Positions 39,663-49,285 of a stretch of DNA of 64,000 nt are shown here, piece by piece. Both the position numbers and the translations under genes were made by a program. Within the stretch, counting starts at the first letter, position 1, and the number at the start of each line of letters is the position of its first letter. Below the pieces are notes generated by a model. It did no database searches. It saw only the letters and a program-made list of their open reading frames with translations, and was not told the DNA's origin. The stretch lies in contig CAWETI010000003.1 in NCBI GenBank assembly GCA_963812015.1, forward strand, positions 2,080,001-2,144,000. Direction: 5' to 3'. Source of the DNA: an uncultured delta proteobacterium. GTDB lineage: Bacteria; Desulfobacterota; Desulfobaccia; Desulfobaccales; 0-14-0-80-60-11.

Positions 39663-39995
39663 TTAAATCAGGGCCATGAGCATCGATTGCAGCGCGGTCT
39701 CCATGACGGCGCGAGCCAGGACGCCAACCAGCCCGTCTCCCTGGCTGGCCGGGACCCGGGCAGATTTCTTGAGAAAGCCGGCGTCTCGCAAAAGACTCAG
39801 GATTCGGTCCTGGGAGATTTGTCTCGCATTATAGAGAATGAGGACATTGCCGGTAATTGGGTTGGCGTTCACGTCATCGATGCCGTGAGAACTGAGCAAG
39901 TACCTGGTGACCTCCGCGGCAATTGCCGGGGAGCCTTTAACAAGGCTGATCTTAATTCTCATCCGGCCATCCAGGGCATGTAAGTAATCAGTCAT
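39663..39995 (-). CDS. HMA2-like domain protein
   Basis: HALDGRMRIK and GIDDVNANPITGNVLILY; SD GGAGG. Confidence 0.8.
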   Translation of the reverse strand: MTDYLHALDGRMRIKISLVKGSPAIAAEVTRYLLSSHGIDDVNANPITGNVLILYNARQISQDRILSLLRDAGFLKKSARVPASQGDGLVGVLARAVMETALQSMLMALI

Positions 39996-40164
39996 ATTGT
40001 TTTACCTCCCCCCCTTATGTTGTCTTTATTATTGCTCCCCTAAATTAAGATCAAATTATATTATTGTTTAAATTGTGTTAAATCTTTAAGGCCCACAGTA
40101 ACGCCCACCAATGACGAATGGCGGGATCAATCTGGTGACGAGGCAATGGCGTCTGGAAGGGGGG

Positions 40165-40329
40165 TCAGGCTATCAGGTCCTCATAGGAAGCGGCCGCACC
40201 ATATTTGGCCACAAACGCTTCGGCTTCAGCCCGCAGAGCCTGGGGATCAGGCGCCTTGCCGGTGATCTTCACAAAAATTTCGCTCAAATAGCGGCTGATC
40301 CGTTCAACAGCTTCCTGCTCGGCTTGCAT
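40165..40329 (-). CDS. Small hypothetical protein (54 aa)
   Basis: SD GGAGG before ATG 40329; MQAEQEAVERISRYLSEIF... Confidence 0.55.
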   Translation of the reverse strand: MQAEQEAVERISRYLSEIFVKITGKAPDPQALRAEAEAFVAKYGAAASYEDLIA

Positions 40330-40622
40330 GGCGATGCCTCCTGGTTTTCGGGGATAATCAGCCCCCCATCCGTTTATTCGGGACAGAAAGTTCTCTCCCC
40401 TCAAAGCCCTTGTCAGGTATTATCTCCGGTCATTGTTTTGGGATGGCTTAATCGAGGTTAAAAGTAGGTTAAGGGATGGAGGCAGGGTTAATGGGGCGAT
40501 TTAAGGGGAAAATCAAGACTGGCTGGGAAACCGGGAGCCGGGGAGAAGAAGGCCATGAGCCGCACTGGAGTTACGCCGGAGGCGTTCGAGCTTGGGAAGA
40601 GAACGCGTACAGCAATGAGAAG

Positions 40623-43600
40623 TTATTTGATCCGGGAAGCGTCCAGGAAATCCCGGACCTTTTTTATCAGGTCCATGGGCTTGAATGGCTTGGGGAGGAA
40701 AGGCTGGGATGGTTCTGGAACGCCATATGGGGCCAGGTCGCGGTCCGGGTAGCCCGACATGAAGAACACCTTCATGTCAGGATACAGAGGGGCCAGTCGG
40801 GTAGCCAATTCTAGTCCGCTCATGTGAGGCATCACCACATCGGTTACCATGAGGTGAATCGGCCCCTGATGCCGTTCACAGAGCAACAGGGCCTCGCCCC
40901 CGTCCCGGGCCTCCAAGACCTTGTAACCATACAGGCGGAAAAACCGGCACAGCAAAGTTCTGAGGGCATCCTCATCTTCCACCACCAGTATGGTTTCCGA
41001 TCCTTCCGGCTTAGCCGCGGGGGTCATCTGGTCCCTGGGGGCCACCGCCGCCGTCTCGAAGCGCGGCAGATAGAGGGTGAAGCTGGTGCCCTCACCGACC
41101 CGACTCTCCACGTCAATATAACCGCCGTTTTGTTTGACAATCCCATACACCATGGACAGCCCTAAACCGGTGCCCTTGCCCACTTCTTTCGTGGTGAAAA
41201 ACGGCTCAAAAATGTGCGTCAGGGTCTCCGCATCCATACCGGCGCCGGTGTCGCGCACCGTCAGCCTCACGTAACGCCCCGGCGGAGCCACCACAGCGTG
41301 GCCTTGATAACGGGTGGCAAACTCGATATTGGCCGTCTCCAGGGTGAGCCGGCCCCCGGTGGGCATGGCATCCCGGGCGTTGACCGCCAGGTTCATGATG
41401 ATCTGGGTGATCTGCCCGGGGTCAGCTCTCACCAGCCCCACATCGGGGCCGGCCGCGATTTCCAGGTCGATATCTTCCCCGATGAGGCGTCGCAGCATCT
41501 TTTCCACGTCGGCCACCACCCGGTCGAGGTGGAACACTTGGGGCTGCATTATCTGCTGGCGGCTGAAAGCCAGCAACTGTTGGGTCAGGGACGCGGCGCG
41601 TTCGGTGGCCGTGAGGATATGTTCGCTATATCTATAGAGCGGGTCATCTTTCATCAGGGCAGTCCGCATGAGTTCGCCGTAGCCCATGATGGCCATCAAG
41701 AGGTTGTTGAAGTCATGGGCCACGCCGCCGGCCAACCGGCCTACCGCCTCCATCTTTTGGGACTGCAGCAACTGGGCTTCCAGGGCCTTGCGCTCCGTGA
41801 TGTCGATTCCCAGTTCCAGGACCATGGGGGAGCCGTCAATATCGGCAAAGGGGTAATTGTAGATATGGTAGGTTTGCCCCTGGGGGCTGGTCCACTCCCA
41901 GTTTTTGGGTTTCTGGGACTCAAGGACCTCCACGTTCGGGCAATTTTTACAAGGTTTCTGGCGACCGCGTAATATCTCGAAACATTTTTTGGCCCCCGGT
42001 TCACCAAAGATTTCCTTAAAAATGCGATTAACAAAGGGTATGGTGTAGTCTGGGGCCAGAAGTCAGACGTAGGCCGGCAGCACGTCCAGGAGGGAAAAGA
42101 ACCGCTGGCGCTCCTTTTGCAGTGTGGTTTCCGCCTCTTTGCGTGCCGTGATGTCAAATAAGACGCCGCTGACGAAATCAACCTTTCCAGCAGCATCGCA
42201 AAATATCTGACCCCGGGCTTGAATCCAGCAAATATCGCCGTCTTTTTCCCGGATGCGGTATTCCCGTACGTAAGAATGGTCCCCTTTGAGGGCCTCAATA
42301 AGGCTGTGGCGGACCTTAACCAGGTCCTCCGGGAGGATCAGATCGCACCATTTGAGCTTCCGGGAGTCAAATTCTGTTTTCCCATAACCGGTGAGGGCTT
42401 CTACTTTGTGGTCGAAGAAATCGATGCTCCAATCCGCATATCCTTTAAAAATCACGGCCGGGATTTGATTGACCAGCATCTGGTACTGATTTTCACTCTC
42501 TTTGAGGGCCTCCTCAGCCAGCCGGCGCGCCGTGATGTCCCTCCAGGCGCCGGTGACTTCCACCGGATTGCCGTCCTGGTCCCGCATCAGCTTGACCTCA
42601 TCGCACATCCAGCGGTAGGCGCCATCCTTAGCCAGGAAGCGGTATTCCAGGCTCTGATGGTCCTCTGGCCACGGGAACTTAAGCTGTTCCAGAATTCGGG
42701 GACGATCTTCGGGGTGAAGGTGATTGATCCAGAAACGGGGATCTTCCAGGAAGTCCCGGGGTTCCCAGCCCACCTGGGCCTTGATGTTTTCACTCACATA
42801 GGTGGGCGCGAAATCGCTTCCGGCTTCACAGGTATAAATGGCCGCCGGGCTGGAGGCCAGCAACTGCTCCAGCCGCGCCTTGGTTTTCATGGGCTCGGTG
42901 ACATCGATGGCAGTGATACCGATCAGGACCGGCGACCCATCCGGACCGGCGATGGGAAACCGGTAGGCAGCCCAGTGATGCACTCCGTCGGGATGGGGCA
43001 ACGGCCCCAGGGTCTGCAACGCCTCCCCGCTCTCCAGGATCATCCGGTCCTGCGCCCTGAATCTCTCGGCGACATGCGGGGGCCAGAGGTCATCGGTGGT
43101 TTTTCCCAGCCACTCCTCCCGGGTTTTGTGAAATGCCCGTTCCCAGGCGGGGTTGACAAACAGGTAGCGCCCCTCCAGATCCCGGATGACGGCCACGCTG
43201 GGCAGGTGCCTCATGAAGGCGGTAAACAACCCCTGGCTCTCTTGCAACTCCCGTTCTGCCTGCTTCAGTTGGCTGATGTCGGTGACGGAGGTGTGGCAGA
43301 CCGGTGACCCATTGATATCTGCCACGGCGAGGCTATCCAGTCGGGCGTAAAAATTGCCCCCGTCCCGGCCTTTCAGTCTGATCTCACAGTGCTGTTGCCC
43401 CGGTTCCTGGAAAACCCGTTTGAGGAAGAGGCGGAAGAGTTCACTATCGTCAACTTCCATGAAGAGCTGGAAGGCCCGGGTGATCAGGCGATCCCGGTTT
43501 ACCCCCAATTGGTTGGCTGCGGTCAGGTTAATTTGCCGGATCAGGCCGGATTTATCCAGAGTCAGAAAGCCCACCGGGGAGAAGTCATAAAAATCACGAT

Positions 43601-43814
43601 ATCTTTTGGATGAGGCTTCCAAGGATGCCTGAGACTCCCGTAATGCCTCATTTTGCATTTCCAGCTCAAGTTGATGCACTTGCAATTCATGGAGCATCGC
43701 CCTGATTGCCTCGGGGCTCAACTCCTGCAACCCGGGTGCTTCCAATTGCAGCCTGGCTTCGGCCCTTTTCCGGAGGTCCCGGGTCTCCTGGGGGGGTCTC
43801 CTGTCCTTTACCAT
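40623..43814 (-). pseudogene. Multi-PAS hybrid sensor histidine kinase/receiver interrupted by one in-frame TGA (nonsense mutation, sequence error or recoding)
   Basis: ORFs 42063-43817 and 40623-41933 are in the same frame. The 43 codons between them read openly (LPAYV*LLAPDYTIPFVNRIFKEIFGEPGAKKCFEILRGRQKPCKNCPN). H-box GVAHDFNN, FFTTK..GKGTGLGL and a receiver domain follow. Confidence 0.75.
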
Positions 43815-44717
43815 CACTCACTCCTCGTGGTAGGCAAAGCGCTCTTGAAATTGGCAGGGCGGGGAGCAGAGGCTAGGTTGCCATGGGTACCCCGGCGTTG
43901 CGGGCAAGCATGATTGCCTAACCTCCATCAGGCTGGGAGGTTCAGCCTCGAACCCTTACCGGCCCGCAACCGGTGCATCGGTTGAATGCCCCAAGAGATT
44001 AATTTGTCTCCAGGGTAAATAAAGCCGCCGGAAACAGAGAGGTTGGCCTCCTTGGCCCTGGGTTCGCTTTCCAGGCCCGCGTGCCGGCTGGGGAAGGCAG
44101 GAAAAATAGCGGGACACGTGGGCCGGAGCAAGGCTGCTTGAAGTGATTACCCTTAATTTACTTATTGATTTGTCTTAGATTGTCAAGTGATTTTTAGGAC
44201 GGTGCGACTAGCCAAGGATGGTCGGCGGGAGCTTTAAGCGGGGGGCGACTTCATTCGCCTGGCCGGGCGGTCAATTTGTAACCCACGCATCCTTTGCACC
44301 AGACATGCCGGAGTGAGCCCAAAGAGTGCTCTGCCGAGCACCAGTCCGCCTCTCCCGGGAGAGGCGGGGGTTGGACAGGCAGCCCTCCCCCCGGTATTGG
44401 ATCAACGTGAGTGGTGCCCTTGTCTTATGGTGGCTGATAGAGACGCCCATCAACTCATCCACCACAACCAAACCATTGACAGCAGGGACGGGAACTGGCA
44501 TATCTCTTGTCATAAAGGAGGGGATGAGTTCTTAAGCCGGGGCCCCTTTTTCGCTGTCTCCATAACCTCCTCAGGAGAGTGTTGCCCTCGACCCTGCCAG
44601 GAATGCTGATCAGAAGTTAGCGGGACACCCGGGTAAGGAGTGCGTCGGGGAAGGCGCCTCAAAGAAAAGTGCTCTCATGGTGCCCCCAAGGGAAAGATAA
44701 GGTAGAATATCCTTAGT

Positions 44718-44793
44718 GCGCCTGTAGCTCAGGGGACAGAGCAACGGACTTCTAATCCGTCGGTCGGAGGTTCGAATCCTCCCAGGCGCGCCA
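44718..44793 (+). tRNA. tRNA-Arg(TCT)
   Basis: GCGCCTG/CAGGCGC acceptor stem, GCTC/GAGC D-stem, ACGGA-CTTCTAA-TCCGT anticodon arm, GGAGG-TTCGAAT-CCTCC T-arm, encoded CCA. Confidence 0.97.
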
Positions 44794-44823
44794 GTTATAT
44801 CAAGTAGTTATGTAATTTAGTTA

Positions 44824-46011
44824 TTATCTATTGTTCACTTGGTCAACGATATGGTCAACACTTTGCAGAATATGACTATCCAACCACTCGGTATATTGCC
44901 TCATGGCCTGGTGCAGATCATCCTCAGAGGGGGCCATATAGTGAACGTCCATACCTTGAAGGGAATGGCCTAAGATCGTATCCCGATACACCTTATCAAC
45001 TCCCGCACTCAGCATATTGGTTTTGACCGTCCGCCGTATATCGTGGAAGGTGATGCCGTTTTGCTGATCCTGCCCGTATGGTATCCCGGCCTTACCACAA
45101 GCTGATATAAACGATTTCTTAATCCCGCCGGCAGTCACGATGGGCTCATGGTGATAGGTGAGCACTAAATCATGGTGGATTGCCCGCGTGATGTCTGCAA
45201 GCACTCGCTTGACTTGATGGTTAATCGGTATCACCTTGGCCTTGCGCTCTTTGGTGAGGTCTGCGGGTAGTCTGATAACCCACTTCTCCCGGTCGATATG
45301 GGACCATTGTAGCGCCCGGAGTTCTCCGGTCCTCATGCCAGTATTGAAGGCTAAGATAAGAAAAGCTCTTAGATGATCAGGCGCCACGGCCACTATCTTA
45401 AGATATTCCTCAATGGTGAGGGTTCGCTTCCTGGCATTAGCCGCCTTTTTCAGTTTCCGTTTTACTGTCCTAAATGCCTTGACCGTCCGGCCGTCCACCA
45501 GGTCATTATCGAAGGCTTTGGTGACCATTGTCTTGACCAGGGATATTTCCATGTCAACGGTAGCGGGGGCTCGGCCATCTTCTTCTCTCTTGTCCTGGTA
45601 CTCTTCGAGGTCCAGAGGTTTTAAGCTGCTCACGATCCGGTTTCCAAATACCCGGTTAAAATTGGCGATTCCCTGCTTGATTCGGGTATAGGAAGAAAGT
45701 TTCTTGACCGGGCTCAAGTCAAGATACCACTCCGCAAGCTCGGTGAAGGTCATGCGCTCCGATGGTACTTTTTCCAGAATACCGGGATTCTCATATTTTT
45801 GGGCCTTGCGCTTGCCCTCTGCGGCCTTTGCTTCCTTAATGAGATACCCCACAACCTCCCGGCGCTGCGTGCCGTTGGCGAGCCGGTAATTAACCCAGTA
45901 GCGGACCTTTTTTGATCCCTTGGCCTTAACCAGGTCTGCCCCGCAAACACAAATCCGATTCTTGACCGCTTGCTTCTTGTGGCATACGGGGCACTCAGCT
46001 AAGATCGCCAT
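44824..46011 (-). CDS. Tyrosine recombinase/integrase with N-terminal Cys4 motif
   Basis: TGMRTGEL, TK, FHDIRRT, LGH and HY catalytic residues intact; N-terminal CPVC...CVCG. Confidence 0.93.
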   Translation of the reverse strand: MAILAECPVCHKKQAVKNRICVCGADLVKAKGSKKVRYWVNYRLANGTQRREVVGYLIKEAKAAEGKRKAQKYENPGILEKVPSERMTFTELAEWYLDLSPVKKLSSYTRIKQGIANFNRVFGNRIVSSLKPLDLEEYQDKREEDGRAPATVDMEISLVKTMVTKAFDNDLVDGRTVKAFRTVKRKLKKAANARKRTLTIEEYLKIVAVAPDHLRAFLILAFNTGMRTGELRALQWSHIDREKWVIRLPADLTKERKAKVIPINHQVKRVLADITRAIHHDLVLTYHHEPIVTAGGIKKSFISACGKAGIPYGQDQQNGITFHDIRRTVKTNMLSAGVDKVYRDTILGHSLQGMDVHYMAPSEDDLHQAMRQYTEWLDSHILQSVDHIVDQVNNR

Positions 46012-46210
46012 GGTCTTTCTCCTTGTGTCCGGATTCCTTCGTTATCCGATGCTCCAGAGCCTCCAGGGCCAGAGGTAGGACGGGAGTGGGAACCTGAACC
46101 CCTCGCTCCCATCTACTAACGGTCATTACATCGACACCTAACGCCTGGGCCAGCTTGGTTTGGGTCAGGGCCCACCGTTTTCGCCATTCGGTTAGATCGC
46201 GTCCCTTCAT
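45995..46210 (-). CDS. XRE-family HTH protein overlapping the integrase start
   Basis: LTQTKLAQALGVDVMTVSRWERG. Confidence 0.88.
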   Translation of the reverse strand: MKGRDLTEWRKRWALTQTKLAQALGVDVMTVSRWERGVQVPTPVLPLALEALEHRITKESGHKEKDHGDLS

Positions 46211-46244
46211 GGTCTTATTATAGTCGTTACGCCTATACTGTCAA
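46211..46244 (-). promoter_or_regulatory. Consensus sigma70 promoter giving a leaderless HTH-integrase transcript, with internal operator
   Basis: TTGACA-16 nt-TATAAT-6 nt-ATG; TATAG-N9-CTATA inverted repeat spanning the spacer and -10. Confidence 0.75.
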
Positions 46245-47624
46245 GCGATAAAGTGTTTTTTTTGATATGCTTCCCTTATTCTCGTGTCACCCCTGTCCTC
46301 CAAAAATAGTTGCTGTATTTTCCAGTAGATAATGGGGACACGTATTTGGGGGGGGGACACGTCCGTTCGTGTCCGGCAGGGAACGTCGATGCGGAAGGAG
46401 GGGGGCGCTCAATCGCCCGCTCCCCAGGCCGGCCTGGCCAGACCCAGCCGTCCCTGCCCCGTGGGGACCGCCGCCGCACCCATGGCCCCGCCGGCCAGAC
46501 CCAGGGGTGCAGGGGGCAGAACCAGGGAACCGGAACAGGCCCAATAGCAGCTGGTCCCGAGCATAGCGCCGGACATTCTTTCTTGTGGTCGCCGCCCACC
46601 GCTGCCCTCGGACCTCGGTCGGCCAGTCGTCCGGTCTCGCCCCCGCCTCGCCCAAGCACCCCCCAGCCGCCCCCCCCTCTGCGCCCACGCCCATACCCCT
46701 AATCGCCGCCCGACACCGCCTGCCCGCGGGCCTCCCCTGCCGCGACCCGAATCGCGCCCCAGCCCCAGGCCCGGAACCGGAACCCGGAAACGGAAGGTGG
46801 TCCCCCCCTTACATCAATGCTCCGAGCGGACATTTTTTCATAAAATCATTCCCCGGGAAAAAACTCCCCCTGTGGCGGGACCAGCCCAAAAAATTTCATA
46901 TGAAAAATTCTTCTGGGATTTAGATGATGGTGGCCATAACGAAGGCGTTGGCGCCGGCAGTTGCCACTCCAGTGGGGAGGCCCATATAAGGATTGATGGA
47001 AAATTCCCACCACCGAAGGCTAAACGCAAGACCCGCGACAAAGTAGCGGCCTACGAGCGGGTATCGGGCCGGACGATGAGGAAGGCGATGGTTGCGGGGG
47101 AAAGTTCGGCCTGTTCCAGGGCGTTTTGATGTACACGGAGGGGGGCCATTGCCGTGTCCCGCCCCGGAGACAAAACCGCCGTTTGTTTCTACCTCGGGAT
47201 TCGCCTCTTCCGGGCTCCTGCGGAGAACACCTTTTGCCCCACCGACCTTACCCTTGGATTCTCCTTTCCGTGGGCGTGGCGGGGCTGTGAGTGGCCCTGA
47301 GCGCAGTCGATTTATCTTGTTTGGTGGAGGTCTTGGGGGCATCTCAGGTTGCCGGTACCCCAGGCGAGCGAGATCGGCCAGGAGAAGGGCGACGGCACCC
47401 GGGCCGATTTCTTCCAGCCTGCTGCTTCCGGCGCCAACACCGCCCGGTCTCGCACCCGTGGGCTTGAGTCTGAGTCGGAAACCGGAACACCTGGGGATAG
47501 CCCTCCCCCCCAAGTCGATGTGATCTCCAATCCCCTTTGCAGGGGTTCTGATATACGAACCATAAGGAAAAATTAACGAAAGACCGTATAGTGGCAACGT
47601 ATAGGGAAAAGGTTGTATAGGGTG

Positions 47625-47686
47625 AAAAAGGGAAAGCCACGAACGCTCTTTTCCAGTCTTCTGACCGGATCAGGCCTTCGTGGCTT
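47625..47686 (-). terminator. Terminator-like hairpin after the His-rich peptide; 5' arm overlaps a GCC-ACGAA-GGC hairpin
   Basis: AAGCCACGAA...TTCGTGGCTT followed by TCCCTTTTT. Confidence 0.65.
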
Positions 47687-47714
47687 AATTCTTTAGCAGA
47701 TTCGCGGCTTTCCG

Positions 47715-47876
47715 TTAATGACAGCAGGTGTGCCCGTGTTGGTGATGCCCATCGTCATGGGCGTGCTCATGGGAATGTTCCGTAGCCTCGTGACTATGCT
47801 CATGACCGTCATGGCTATGGGACGCCCCTTCGTGCCGGTGTTCGTGCTCATGTTTGTCCTTGGAATGGCAACACAT
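47715..47876 (-). CDS. 53-aa His-rich, CCH-capped metal-binding peptide (Hpn-like)
   Basis: MCCHSKDKHEHEHRHEGASHSHDGHEHSHEATEHSHEHAHDDGHHQHGHTCCH (19 His, 4 Cys); SD AGGAGG 8 nt upstream; below the ORF-track size cutoff. Confidence 0.85.
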   Translation of the reverse strand: MCCHSKDKHEHEHRHEGASHSHDGHEHSHEATEHSHEHAHDDGHHQHGHTCCH

Positions 47877-47906
47877 CTTTCATCCCTCCTTTCCCTCTTT
47901 TCTATC

Positions 47907-47935
47907 AAGATAAACTGCCTCTTATCTCATGTCAA
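47907..47935 (-). promoter_or_regulatory. Sigma70 promoter of the His-rich peptide with an AGATAA-N8-TTATCT inverted repeat
   Basis: TTGACA-tgagataagaggcagtt(17 nt)-TATCTT on the minus strand. Confidence 0.6.
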
Positions 47936-48033
47936 TTGGACCAGCTTAGAATTAATTAACCAAGATTATGCAACCAACTTGACCAACTCTATCAAAAATT
48001 GATCTTAGGGACCTTTTCTCTGAGAGGCTGTGT

Positions 48034-48885
48034 CTAATCAGTGCTTAAGCGAAACGCCAGGGGGATTTCAATGGTCAACTTCTGACGGTTCAGGTCGGCG
48101 GGGAATGGAGGAAAGTGACCAACCTTGCGAATGGTTTCTTTGGCAGCTTCATCCAGCAGATCTTGCCCCGAGGAGCGGCTGATTCGGGAGGATTCGATCT
48201 GGCCCCCGGAGCCGATGGTAAATACCATGACCACTACCCCCTGGAGTTGGCGGCGGCGGGCCATGAGGGGATAATCTTTCTGTTTTTCCAGGAGTTGGCG
48301 GACCACCTTTAGATAGCCCTGGAGCGCCGAACCGGCCCCGGAGCCCGGCCCCTGGCCTTGGCCAATACCACCGCCGGCCCCGGTCCCCCGTCCCCCGCCC
48401 TGGCCCCCCGCGCCTGTGCCCGAAAGGCCACCCGGGACGCCCGGGCCACTGGCCCTGCTGCTGGTGATCGCGGTATCCGAGGGTTTAGCCCTGGTGATCG
48501 CGGGTGGCGGCGCCGGTGCAAGGATTACCGGGGCTACACTGGGTTCCAGCGGTGGCGGTGGAGCCAGCTTGATCTTGGGCGGCTTTGGAGGTTTGGCCGG
48601 AGGTTTATGGGGTGCGGGGGGTTGCGACGGCTTAGGCGCGACGGCATCTGGCCTAGTCACCGGGCTGGGCCGACCGCCGCCGCCACCGGCGGGGCCTGGC
48701 TTGAAGGGTACCAGGGTAATGGCTTCCACCGGGACCACCACTTTCGGCTTCGGGGGTATTTGGTGGAAGACCGCCACCACGGTGGCCACGATAAGGCCAT
48801 GGACCAGTAGGGAACCCAGCGCTCCCCAGAGAAACGCTCCCCGGGGATTCCAGGCCCCGCCCACTTGCTGATAACCCCAGGCCAT
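48034..48885 (-). CDS. tonB: Energy transducer TonB
   Basis: TM with SLLVH, Pro-rich linker, C-terminal YPLMARRRQLQG...SSG..LLD.AA. Confidence 0.9.
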   Translation of the reverse strand: MAWGYQQVGGAWNPRGAFLWGALGSLLVHGLIVATVVAVFHQIPPKPKVVVPVEAITLVPFKPGPAGGGGGRPSPVTRPDAVAPKPSQPPAPHKPPAKPPKPPKIKLAPPPPLEPSVAPVILAPAPPPAITRAKPSDTAITSSRASGPGVPGGLSGTGAGGQGGGRGTGAGGGIGQGQGPGSGAGSALQGYLKVVRQLLEKQKDYPLMARRRQLQGVVVMVFTIGSGGQIESSRISRSSGQDLLDEAAKETIRKVGHFPPFPADLNRQKLTIEIPLAFRLSTD

Positions 48886-48889
48886 TTGG

Positions 48890-49285
48890 CTACTTTTGCT
48901 CCACCTCGATGCCGATGCGCTGCACCTTAAGACCCCGGAGGCGGTCCATCACTTCGATGAGGCGACCGTGGCGGGTGTCGGTATCCGCGGCGATGATGGC
49001 TTGAGGTTCCTTGCCCTGTTGCTGGGCGGTGAACACCTTCTCGAAATCGCCATCCTGCGCCAGCTTGACCCCGTTGACCGCGATGTGGCCCTCCCGGTCT
49101 ATGCTGATGATGATGGGGACGCTCTCCAGTTTGTTGGCCTGGGCGGCCTTGGGCAGGGCGATGGCGAAGGTGCGGGGCATCATCACCGTGGCCGTCAACA
49201 GAAAGATGATGAGGATGACCAGGACGATGTCCACGAAGGGGGTCATGTTGATCTCGGTAATGGGCCCGTGGATGTGGCCTTTCAT
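48890..49285 (-). CDS. exbD: Biopolymer transport protein ExbD
   Basis: EINMTPFVDIVLVILIIFLLTA; I.AD....HG.LI.VMD. Confidence 0.92.
   Translation of the reverse strand: MKGHIHGPITEINMTPFVDIVLVILIIFLLTATVMMPRTFAIALPKAAQANKLESVPIIISIDREGHIAVNGVKLAQDGDFEKVFTAQQQGKEPQAIIAADTDTRHGRLIEVMDRLRGLKVQRIGIEVEQK

Larger units (their letters stand above)
44794..47630. mobile_element. Left end of a tRNA-Arg-integrated element (integrase + HTH + non-coding region); right boundary not located
   Basis: Integrase ends 30 bp after the tRNA 3' end and points toward it; lower GC; no duplicate of the tRNA 3' end noticed in the window. Confidence 0.65.

Noticed and set aside
46276..47640. Numerous 65-225 aa ORFs in the track
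   Set aside because: Overlapping, Pro/Gly/Arg-rich, with no motifs or convincing SD; typical of GC-rich non-coding DNA.
47640..47690. Cobalamin riboswitch (AAGCCACGAAGGCCTG and GGTCAGAAGACTGG resemble the B12 box)
   Set aside because: The upstream core (GGGAA...GGTG.AA.TCC, ACTGT, GCCACTG...GGGAAGG) is absent here, and I did not see it in the exbB or TBDR leaders either.
47718..48002. 94-aa Met/Val-rich plus-strand ORF and the 71-aa minus ORF 47693-47908
   Set aside because: Antisense and off-frame shadows of the His-rich peptide (CAT/CAC read as ATG/GTG); the peptide frame has the SD and promoter.
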